Assembly (NCBI RefSeq): GCF_000015945.1
Contig: NC_009033.1
Span: forward strand, 1,230,001 to 1,262,000
DNA length: 32,000 nt
Source of the DNA: Staphylothermus marinus F1
GTDB lineage: Archaea; Thermoproteota; Thermoprotei_A; Sulfolobales; Desulfurococcaceae
Direction: 5' to 3'
A program made the translations under genes and the position numbers. Shown one piece after another: positions 17,400 to 24,927 of the stretch; position 1 is the stretch's first letter; the number at the start of each line of letters is the position of its first letter. The notes beneath the pieces were generated by a model, which was not told the DNA's origin, searched no databases, and was given only the letters and a program-made list of their open reading frames with translations.

Positions 17400-17797
17400 T
17401 GCGCTATTGGGGATTAGATTTTATCAGATGCCTACACTGTAAAAATTATCCATTAAAACTAATACCTCTAGAGACAATCGAAGAAGACGTTGATACATCC
17501 GGCTTAGAATTTCCGCTATGTAGAAACTATTGTGCATACCTAGATAAACCTATTAAACAAGGCGAAACTTATCCATGCGAAAAATGTTTGAGAATAGGGA
17601 TTAAAGAAGGTGTGCTCTATTGTCCTAAATGTAAGAGATGGTATCCTATTAAAAACGGGATCGTATACTTACTCCGAGATAATAAAAGGAGGAAAGAATC
17701 AGATATAGAATTCCTTAAGAAATGGAAGGATAGATTACCGAAAGAAATAGTTTACGAAGGCTTACCATATAATCTGTCTAGCACAGGTAACGATTAA
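17396..17797 (+). CDS. Trm112-like zinc-ribbon protein (long form)
   Basis: The C-terminal signature reads GVLYCPKCKRWYPIKNGIVYLL and the N-terminus has CLHCKNYPL. Additional Cys pairs are CRNYC and CEKC. The start ATG overlaps the upstream stop (ATGA). Confidence 0.65.
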   Translation: MMRYWGLDFIRCLHCKNYPLKLIPLETIEEDVDTSGLEFPLCRNYCAYLDKPIKQGETYPCEKCLRIGIKEGVLYCPKCKRWYPIKNGIVYLLRDNKRRKESDIEFLKKWKDRLPKEIVYEGLPYNLSSTGND

Positions 17798-17872
17798 ACT
17801 ATGCAAAAAATATTTAGCAGTATTTAAACTTAGTGAAAAACCAAGGCCTAGCAAAAAGGTGGTTGACTAGTT

Positions 17873-18274
17873 ATGGATGGATATTTTCCAAACTTAGAAG
17901 CATGGGTTAAGAGACAACAGGAGATTAAGGAAAGCTTTATGAAAGCGGAAGAACACTATGAGAAACTAGATCGTTTGGAGCTTATACTATTATCGAGACA
18001 AGCATTCCAGCATATGCTTAGAACCATAGAAGCCTTTGATCAATGGTTAAAAGAACCCATGGTTATAAGTCATATGCCAAGAGAAATGCTAGTAGATCTC
18101 TGGACTAAGTTGAGAACAATATTCTATCAATTATTAGATCTCGATATAGAGCACACTTCTAAATTTAATGAATATATAAAGAAACTTGCAAAAGAAGGCA
18201 AATTAAACCCCATATTAACAATTGGCAGGCGAGAAAAAGAAACAAGGAGATTCCAAGTCACCCCCTCTATGTAG
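17873..18274 (+). CDS. Hypothetical helical protein (133 aa)
   Basis: An AGGTGG SD lies upstream and the composition is coherent and helical. I do not recognise the family with confidence. Confidence 0.55.
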   Translation: MDGYFPNLEAWVKRQQEIKESFMKAEEHYEKLDRLELILLSRQAFQHMLRTIEAFDQWLKEPMVISHMPREMLVDLWTKLRTIFYQLLDLDIEHTSKFNEYIKKLAKEGKLNPILTIGRREKETRRFQVTPSM

Positions 18275-18330
18275 AAAATCATGTAATACAATAAACTCGA
18301 AGAAAACTTATAGGGAATATGTAAAGATTT

Positions 18331-18400
18331 TGTGGCCGTGCAACTCGTCCACGGGCTCATCCATGGGCCACACGGCCCCGTTACCCGGGGCCCTGACCCC
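18331..18400 (-). ncRNA. GC-rich structured RNA candidate, H/ACA-like hairpin on the minus strand
   Basis: On the minus strand the element reads GGCCGTG-TGGC-CCATGG-AUGAGC-CCGTGG-ACGAGTTG-CACGGCC-ACA. The inner stem has a G-U pair on the minus strand but a C-A mismatch on the plus strand. A TTTAAAAA element on the minus strand (18427-18434) lies about 27 nt upstream of the island. A competing 7-bp GC hairpin spans 18374-18392. Confidence 0.3.
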
Positions 18401-18436
18401 CTATTTGAATCTTTAAATAATAAGGCTTTTTAAATC

Positions 18437-18907
18437 TTAGAATAGTCGTCTTCTTCTCCTAGGTCTTGTCCTCATTTCTACTTCGGCATCTATTGGTGCT
18501 ATTTTTATTCTTAATTCTTCGATCAGTTTTTGTATCTCTTCCTTTTCTTCATCACTAATAACATTACTGTGTTTTTCTAGAAATTCTTTTCCAAGACTTG
18601 TTACTTCTAGCTTTTTTCGTGGATTTGTCTCTAATAATCCTACATATCTTAATGCAAGCGTGTCATTGAGTATTTCCTTACTTGATGGGAATTGTCCAAG
18701 CATTACATAGTTATAGCCTAGATCATATCCTTTCTCCTTCATATAGTACAATAGGTACTGTAGGGCTTTTTCACTAATACTTCCAAGCTGTGAAATTATA
18801 TATAATAACTTAATTTTCCTATGATCTTTCTCTATATCATTAATAGTTATAACATGCCTTGTTACTATTTTGAGCTCTTTTGATCTACCAGTACTAGGTT
18901 TTGACAT
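18437..18907 (-). CDS. Hypothetical protein with central helical/wHTH-like module and Arg-rich C-terminal tail
   Basis: A GAGGTGA SD lies upstream of the ATG. The C-terminus is RTRPRRRRRLF. The central segment ALQYLLYYMKEKGYDLGYNYVMLGQFPSSKEILNDTLALRYVGLLE vaguely resembles SocA/Panacea (DUF4065)-type modules, which is a recollection only. Confidence 0.55.
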   Translation of the reverse strand: MSKPSTGRSKELKIVTRHVITINDIEKDHRKIKLLYIISQLGSISEKALQYLLYYMKEKGYDLGYNYVMLGQFPSSKEILNDTLALRYVGLLETNPRKKLEVTSLGKEFLEKHSNVISDEEKEEIQKLIEELRIKIAPIDAEVEMRTRPRRRRRLF

Positions 18908-19077
18908 TTATCTCACCTCAATATATAAACATTTTTTGTTCTAGGTAGATTAGACTTGTGGTTGCCCGTGCTTTATTATTTTGCACGGTACAATTTCCAA
19001 AACAACCAAGTATCCAAACAAGCGGATAGCCTATTTAATATTTTGTTCATGGAATCTATTTATTGTTTTATTTATGA

Positions 19078-19983
19078 TTATTTTTCTTCTAGTTCTTTAT
19101 ATAGTCTCTTAATAGCTTCTTCCTTACTGTATCCATGCATGATCAGAACGTTTAGTTTATATTTTAGGAGAGTCTCTCCTTCTACTCCATAAATTTCTCT
19201 GTATTTTCCTAGTAGCTTATTCATGAGCTCGCTTGTCTTTTCGGTTATTTTTTCACTTCTGTTTTCAGAGAGTTTCTTTGTTAAATCCATAATATTTGAA
19301 ATTATTGTTTGTATTTTATCCTGATAGGTTTTTGATCTTGTGGTTTTTAATAATTGGAAATATGTTGTTGCTGAAATTATTATTAGAATATAGATCATTG
19401 CAATATATAGGTTTTGAGACGTTAACTTGTTTATAAAGTATGATAGCGAGAACAAGCCTGTTATTGCAGAAGCTAGTATTGCTATATATGCATAGTCTAG
19501 TCTGATCATTGAAAGCACTAATGCCACGCCTCCAATGAGTGTAATGATCGTGTTAATGATGAGTTGGCTTTGCGTGTTACTTGCAATTATAAGATTTATC
19601 AAATAGATTATGAATGCTAGATATATTGGCGAATAAAACATTATTTTTGAGCGGAGTATGTCTTTTTTCATTACATAAATGTAATCCTTAATTGATCTAT
19701 CAAGGTCTCTGATAACAGCGTGGATTTCCTCAGCAGATATTTCTTCAATATTAACAAGCTTGACAAGCTCTTCTAAATACTTAATTATATGCATGAATAA
19801 ATCAACTTGATACTTTGAAATTATAGGTGTAGGGCTTACCTTACTTAGTTCTTCATATTCATTTTTAAGTTTTTTAACTAACTGGTTGAACATTGGTTGT
19901 TCACGTGACTTGTCTTGCAGTATCTTTAATACCTCAAGCAATCTTTTCTTAAGCATTTGGTGAAGCCTATTACTCGTTTCCAA
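19078..19983 (-). CDS. Hypothetical membrane protein (helical N- and C-terminal cytoplasmic regions flanking about 4 TM helices)
   Basis: The start is TTG with a GGGTG SD, and an in-frame ATG lies 9 codons downstream. The central hydrophobic block runs from IMFYSPIYLAFIIYLINLII to IYILIIISATTYF. No family is recognised. Confidence 0.55.
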   Translation of the reverse strand: METSNRLHQMLKKRLLEVLKILQDKSREQPMFNQLVKKLKNEYEELSKVSPTPIISKYQVDLFMHIIKYLEELVKLVNIEEISAEEIHAVIRDLDRSIKDYIYVMKKDILRSKIMFYSPIYLAFIIYLINLIIASNTQSQLIINTIITLIGGVALVLSMIRLDYAYIAILASAITGLFSLSYFINKLTSQNLYIAMIYILIIISATTYFQLLKTTRSKTYQDKIQTIISNIMDLTKKLSENRSEKITEKTSELMNKLLGKYREIYGVEGETLLKYKLNVLIMHGYSKEEAIKRLYKELEEK

Positions 19984-20084
19984 AACAATTACACCCTAAC
20001 AAGATACTAATTAGTATAAATCACTTTATATAGCATTTATAAGTCAAGCTATATATCTACCTCTACACACTTTAAATCATAGAG

Positions 20085-20158
20085 TAAGTGATGACTAGGT
20101 TGTACCACCGAGGCCTTAGGGGCTGGGGCCCATGATGACTTCAGCGGCGACTGATTAA
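20085..20158 (+). ncRNA. Box C/D sRNA candidate
   Basis: C box GTGATGA is at 20088-20094 and D'-like CCGA at 20108-20111. C' box ATGATGA is at 20132-20138, followed by exactly 12 nt and then D box CTGA at 20151-20154. Flanking TAA/TTA can pair. A TATA-like CTATATAT lies at 20049-20056. The element is a GC island in a 295-bp AT-rich spacer. Confidence 0.6.
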
Positions 20159-20207
20159 AAGCTCCTACTTAATATAATAGTTATATAGAGATTCGAAGAA
20201 GAACTTG

Positions 20208-20225
20208 TATCCTTATATTAGGATA
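20208..20225. promoter_or_regulatory. Inverted repeat TATCCT-TATATT-AGGATA abutting the TATA-like AAATATAAA upstream of the TIP49 gene
   Basis: Read directly from the sequence. It lies 54-71 nt upstream of ATG 20279 and is followed by the GC-rich leader GAGGGCGGCCCCGGG and a GAGGTGG SD. Confidence 0.3.
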
Positions 20226-20278
20226 AATATAAACGAGGGCGGCCCCGGGTTTTAATCAATGATAAAGAGGTGGTGTAA

Positions 20279-21634
20279 ATGGGTGTTGAGATAAAAATTG
20301 AGAAACCAAGACCTAAGAGAATAGGTGCTCATAGCCATATACGTGGTTTGGGTCTGGATGAGAAAGGTAAAGCATTACCCGTTGCAGATGGTCTTGTTGG
20401 ACAGTTAGAGGCTAGAGAAGCAGCTGGCATAGTTGTTAATATGATTAAAGAAGGAAGAATAGCGGGTAGAGGAATCTTATTGGTTGGACCACCAGGAACA
20501 GGGAAGACAGCTATAGCTATAGCTATTGCAAGAGAGCTTGGAGAAGATACACCCTTTGTAGCAATGAGCGGATCAGAAATATATAGTAGTGAGAAAAAGA
20601 AAACAGAAATATTAATGGAAGCTATGAGAAGAGCGCTCGGCGTTAGACTAAGAGAAAAAAGACTAGTCTATGAAGGTGTTGTACAAGAACTAAAGATACG
20701 TAGAGCAAGACATCCTATGGTTCCATACATGACTGTTCCAAAAGAGGCAAGAATAACTCTCGCCACCAAAGACGAAGAATTAACATTAACCGTGGGAGAG
20801 GAGATAACGCATCAATTACTCGAACTAGGAGTTCGACGCGGAGACTTAATATGGATTGATGCTGAAACGGGCCGAGTTTACCGAGTAGGTAAAGTAAAAG
20901 GTGTTGAGAAGGCTAGGTATTATGATATTGAAACACATAAAGTTGTAGAAATGCCTAGGGGGCCTGTTAAGAAAGAGAAGGAAATAGTTAGAACATTTAC
21001 GCTACACGATTTAGATGTATATGTTGCTAGTCAACGAGCATTAATAAGCTTCTTCACCATTGGCGTGGAAAGAGAAATACCTCCGGAGGTCAGGAAAGAA
21101 GTTGATGATATGGTTAAGAAATGGATTGATGAAAAGAAAGCAGAAATTATTCCCGGCGTATTATTCATAGATGACGCTCACATGCTTGATATAGAAGCAT
21201 ATAGTTTCTTATCCAGAGCTATGGAGAGCGATTTATCACCAATAATAATATTGGCAACCAATAGAGGAATTGCTAAGATAAGAGGTACTGATATCGAATC
21301 ACCTCATGGTATCCCCCTTGATCTCCTTGATAGATTATTGATTATTCCTACAAGACCGTATAAGCCCGAAGAAATAAGGGAAATCATAAAGATCAGGGCT
21401 GAAGAAGAAAATATAAAGCTGTCAGATGAAGCACTCGAAGAACTTGTAAGGATCGGGGCTGAAACCAGCCTAAGATATGCTGTTCAACTAATGGAGCCAG
21501 CTCGGATAATAGCATCTGTTAATGGAAGAGAACAAGTATCTGTTGAAGATATTCGTAGAGTTGCAAAAATATTCATAGATACAAGCAGAAGTGTCAAGTA
21601 CCTTAAAGAATTCGAAGAGAAATTCATGAAATAA
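20279..21634 (+). CDS. TIP49 / RuvB-like (Pontin/Reptin-type) AAA+ ATPase
   Basis: The N-terminus reads [15 protein letters not shown]...[43 protein letters not shown]. Walker B is [11 protein letters not shown]. The domain II insertion and the C-terminal SLRYAVQL block are present. Confidence 0.92.
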   Translation: MGVEIKIEKPRPKRIGAHSHIRGLGLDEKGKALPVADGLVGQLEAREAAGIVVNMIKEGRIAGRGILLVGPPGTGKTAIAIAIARELGEDTPFVAMSGSEIYSSEKKKTEILMEAMRRALGVRLREKRLVYEGVVQELKIRRARHPMVPYMTVPKEARITLATKDEELTLTVGEEITHQLLELGVRRGDLIWIDAETGRVYRVGKVKGVEKARYYDIETHKVVEMPRGPVKKEKEIVRTFTLHDLDVYVASQRALISFFTIGVEREIPPEVRKEVDDMVKKWIDEKKAEIIPGVLFIDDAHMLDIEAYSFLSRAMESDLSPIIILATNRGIAKIRGTDIESPHGIPLDLLDRLLIIPTRPYKPEEIREIIKIRAEEENIKLSDEALEELVRIGAETSLRYAVQLMEPARIIASVNGREQVSVEDIRRVAKIFIDTSRSVKYLKEFEEKFMK

Positions 21635-21681
21635 ATTAGTTATAAAACTTTTTATAATAAATTCTTCCCTTACAACACTCT

Positions 21682-22848
21682 ATGAAAAACATGTTTTGTC
21701 ATGGTGAAGTATTATTGGATAGAAAATTCTGGGAAGCTGTTCTAGAATTATTGAAGAAATACAGTAACACTCCTCATCATAAAGATGGAAAAATATTAGG
21801 ATCAATGACAACTACGCCGCATCCTCTAGCAGTTTATGCATATTTAATGTTTATACATACAAATGCATCTGATCCAGTTATTTTTAAAGAGATCGAGAAC
21901 ATGATGAATGATATAATATATGAACTTATAAAACTATATCACGGAGGAGAGTCAGGAATTCTAACCAGCGGTGGAACAGAATCTAATATAGCAGCTATTC
22001 TAGTGGCCAAGAAAATCTTTCCTAACCGATCAAACACTGTTATAGCCCCAGATACTGTGCATGTATCTGTTGATAAAGCATGTGATATCATGAATTGTAA
22101 ACTTGTTAAAATACCTACTAACGGGAACCCAGTAAATGCTTCTATATTGGAGGAATATGTTCGAAAATATAATCCATTTGCAGTAGTGATTACTGCAGGA
22201 ACGACTGAGAGAGGATTAATTGATCCAGTAAAAGGCATTAGTGAATTAGCTGAAGAATACAATGTTTACCTACATGTTGATGCAGCATATGGAGGATTGC
22301 TTATACCTTTTCTATATAGGCATGGAATCATAGGAGAGAATCTTAAATTCTATAATGGTGTGTCAAGTATATCTGTTGATTTCCATAAAAACGGCTTAGC
22401 ACCTATTCCTTCAGGAATTTTATTGTTTAATAGTAAAAGATACTCGGAGAAAATATGTTACAAAGCAGAATATACATTATATGGTAAATACTGTGGATTA
22501 CTTGGAACAAGACCGGGAGGATCTGTTGCCTCTATATGGATTCTCTTAAAAATATATGGTTTAGATCTATATGAGAAAATCGCGTTAAAAACATACAATA
22601 TAGCAATGTATACTTATCGTAGACTATCTGCGTTAAAAGAACTAAAAGTGTTTAAGCCTATTCTGCCGATTGTCGTATTCAAACACAAGTATATCGATTA
22701 TATTGAACTATTACAAAGAATTCTAAGTAAGGGATACTTTCTATATAAGTCGCCAAGTCTAGAAGCACTAAGAATAGTTATAATGCCTCATGTAGAAAAA
22801 TCTCATATAGACGATTTTGTGAATATTGTCAGAGAAATAATACAATAA
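21682..22848 (+). CDS. mfnA: PLP-dependent group II decarboxylase (MfnA-type tyrosine/aspartate decarboxylase)
   Basis: SGGTESNIAAI, HVDAAYGG and the PLP-Lys context SVDFHKNGLAPIPSGILLF are present. The size is about 385 aa. The start may be ATG 21691. Confidence 0.75.
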   Translation: MKNMFCHGEVLLDRKFWEAVLELLKKYSNTPHHKDGKILGSMTTTPHPLAVYAYLMFIHTNASDPVIFKEIENMMNDIIYELIKLYHGGESGILTSGGTESNIAAILVAKKIFPNRSNTVIAPDTVHVSVDKACDIMNCKLVKIPTNGNPVNASILEEYVRKYNPFAVVITAGTTERGLIDPVKGISELAEEYNVYLHVDAAYGGLLIPFLYRHGIIGENLKFYNGVSSISVDFHKNGLAPIPSGILLFNSKRYSEKICYKAEYTLYGKYCGLLGTRPGGSVASIWILLKIYGLDLYEKIALKTYNIAMYTYRRLSALKELKVFKPILPIVVFKHKYIDYIELLQRILSKGYFLYKSPSLEALRIVIMPHVEKSHIDDFVNIVREIIQ

Positions 22849-23983
22849 TTTCATCTATTATTGCTTTAAACGAAATAATTAGAGAAATAACTGCGATAAT
22901 CGATAAGACCAGCGTATTTAGTTTATATAGATTATCCCCCGACGATCTATATAGATAGTAAAACACAAATGATAATATGAGAATACTTAAAGAGAAAAGT
23001 AAACCCACAATATCTGAGGCATAAATAGTTATATCAACGAGTATTCTCTCTATTTCTGGAATAGTTCCGAGAAAAGGAGCCAATAATATTATAGATGCAA
23101 TAAATACAAGTGTAAACGATAAGCTAAATTTATACCTTGATACAAGGACTCTACTACTATTCATAGTTATAGCTGAGCTAGTTAATAATATACTAATCGA
23201 AGCTAAAATAACAGTTGCTGTAATACCTATCAATAATATTTTTGAAGATAATATTGGATTAAGTGGTAAATAAATAAGCATTCTTATATCAGATGGATTT
23301 ATTCCAGATAAGTAGGAATAATAAGCTATCGAAGTACCTATAAGTACTCCAAAAATATATGCCGGAAGTAAATCATTTGTTGACTTAGCATCTTCTTGAA
23401 TTATTAACGAGTAGGGAGACGCTATTGAGCCCCAGAGAGCAGCTATTAAAGCATAATGAGAATATTTCGCTCCTATAATGCTTGCATCAATAATGTTTGT
23501 TGACTCTTTATTTATGACTAAATAAATTAATGCTACTAAATATGTTAGAAGCAGTATTGATAAAATACTTAGAATTTTTTCTATTGATTTAAACTTATAT
23601 GTATTTGCTAGAGAGAATATTATTGTTATAAAAACTATAATATACGGAACCCATAATCCGCCTAACATTAAATAATAGATATATGTTAGTATAAGAATGT
23701 TTACTAGAAGGATCAGGTTAGAGGAAATATAGATTAATATCCTATACAAGTTGAAGAGGGCTTTTGATAAGGATCTTATTAGGGAACTTAGCCTTTTTCC
23801 TAAACTTACATATAGAAGAGTTATTGTTTGCTGTATATAGATTGTGGCTAAGAACATTACTGAAATAAATATAACACTATAGAACCCGTATAGTGTTCCG
23901 AAAAACATGTATAAAACAATATTTGTTAATTCAATACCTGATATAGCGGCTATTAATCCTGGCCCCCATATATTCTTAGACAA
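22829..23983 (-). CDS. Polytopic membrane transporter-like protein (distant Nramp-like N-terminal pattern)
   Basis: There are about 10-11 TM helices. The N-terminal WGPGLIAAISGIELTN aligns by eye to the Nramp GPG...DPGN region but lacks DPGN. The family assignment is tentative. Confidence 0.45.
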   Translation of the reverse strand: MSKNIWGPGLIAAISGIELTNIVLYMFFGTLYGFYSVIFISVMFLATIYIQQTITLLYVSLGKRLSSLIRSLSKALFNLYRILIYISSNLILLVNILILTYIYYLMLGGLWVPYIIVFITIIFSLANTYKFKSIEKILSILSILLLTYLVALIYLVINKESTNIIDASIIGAKYSHYALIAALWGSIASPYSLIIQEDAKSTNDLLPAYIFGVLIGTSIAYYSYLSGINPSDIRMLIYLPLNPILSSKILLIGITATVILASISILLTSSAITMNSSRVLVSRYKFSLSFTLVFIASIILLAPFLGTIPEIERILVDITIYASDIVGLLFSLSILILSFVFYYLYRSSGDNLYKLNTLVLSIIAVISLIISFKAIIDEIIVLFL

Positions 23984-24016
23984 GAAGTTTCACCCTGTAA
24001 AAATAATTGGTTGCCA

Positions 24017-24280
24017 CTAGATTGCATTCTCATCACTTATTTTCCTTGAGGTCGATTTCGTGATTTTCAATATTGTGTCAAGTTGTTTTTCATTCAGATT
24101 ATTTAATAGAATTATTACACTTTTGCTAAGCGGTTTTAATTCATGAACATGGATAGGATTATTATTTTTGTTTCTCGGCATTCTATTGTTTTCTTTGATG
24201 TATTTGTCATTATAGATCAATGGTATTATGATCAAGGTAAGATATATGGCAATAATCAATAATGATATTTGATCGATCAA
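24017..24280 (-). CDS. Hypothetical small protein with one N-terminal TM helix and a helical C-terminal domain
   Basis: The start is TTG with a GGTGG SD 7 nt upstream. The TM segment is ISLLIIAIYLTLIIIPLIY. The C-terminal region reads NEKQLDTILKITKSTSRKISD. Confidence 0.45.
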   Translation of the reverse strand: MIDQISLLIIAIYLTLIIIPLIYNDKYIKENNRMPRNKNNNPIHVHELKPLSKSVIILLNNLNEKQLDTILKITKSTSRKISDENAI

Positions 24281-24396
24281 TTCTTAACCACCATATTATC
24301 AATTATTGAAGTCTTAAATATACTCTCCTGTATAGAAGATAGTCGCTTCAGATTATTTATAAAGGAAGGACAAGTAAATACTATGGAATGATTTTT

Positions 24397-24416
24397 GTTA
24401 ATAATTAATTATTAAC
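24397..24416. promoter_or_regulatory. Perfect 20-bp palindrome GTTAATAATTAATTATTAAC (candidate operator)
   Basis: Read directly from the sequence. It begins 7 nt beyond the ArsR-family gene stop and lies about 117 nt upstream of the small membrane gene start on the same strand. Confidence 0.3.
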
Positions 24417-24422
24417 AGAGTA

Positions 24423-24776
24423 TTACAGATTCACTATTATCTTCGAGACCCGCTTTATCACGATCTTTCGTAGCCCTCTATTACCGTTTTTTAAACCTGA
24501 TATAACTAATCCTGCATCTTCAAGTTTTTTTACATGTTTGCTTATAACAGATACAGGTAATCGTGTGATTTCGGATAGTTCCTTTATACTTAAACCGTTA
24601 TTTCTAGATAGATGATACAGGATAAGTCGCCTGGTTTTTGACGACAATATATCCCCTAATTTTATTAATCCATATAGATCATTAATTATGAGAATATTAT
24701 TTTTAATCATGTATTTAAGCGATCTAATCTCATCTAAACTCTTACTTGTAAATACTTGTTCAACCAATATTTCCAC
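24423..24776 (-). CDS. ArsR/SmtB-family winged-helix transcription regulator
   Basis: The HTH reads TRRLILYHLSRNNGLSIKELSEITRLPVSVISKHVKKLEDAGLVI. The start is either GTG 24776 or TTG 24767, which is preceded by GGTGG. Confidence 0.75.
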   Translation of the reverse strand: MEILVEQVFTSKSLDEIRSLKYMIKNNILIINDLYGLIKLGDILSSKTRRLILYHLSRNNGLSIKELSEITRLPVSVISKHVKKLEDAGLVISGLKNGNRGLRKIVIKRVSKIIVNL

Positions 24777-24927
24777 CTAATAATTTTGATAAAATTAAAT
24801 TATTTATTGAAATGTATTTCATCATACAAGTTCTAGCCATGATAGAAAAGTTTATATATTGAGAATTTTAACTCCCCTAGTTTTATAGGATAGTATTTCA
24901 CTTTATAAGTATTGGTGAATACTTAGA

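Noticed and set aside
18401-18412. GATTCAAAT on the minus strand resembling a tRNA T-loop
   Set aside because: There are no flanking T-stem complements and no acceptor stem. The adjacent GC island does not fold into a cloverleaf.
18222-18416. 64-aa + strand ORF running through the GC island
   Set aside because: It has no SD and overlaps the end of the preceding gene. The Pro/Ser/Gly-rich translation is driven by the GC-rich hairpins, so the region is more plausibly RNA structure.
18956-19192. 78-aa + strand ORF in the 18908-19077 spacer
   Set aside because: It overlaps the 3' end of the minus-strand membrane protein gene, has an aberrant composition, and has no SD.
24907-24924. Inverted repeat AAGTATT-GGTG-AATACTT just upstream of the rio2 TTG start
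   Set aside because: It is a short A/T-rich stem of marginal stability at growth temperatures of a thermophile. The GGTG loop is simply the SD. I noted it but do not consider it strong enough to call a regulatory hairpin.
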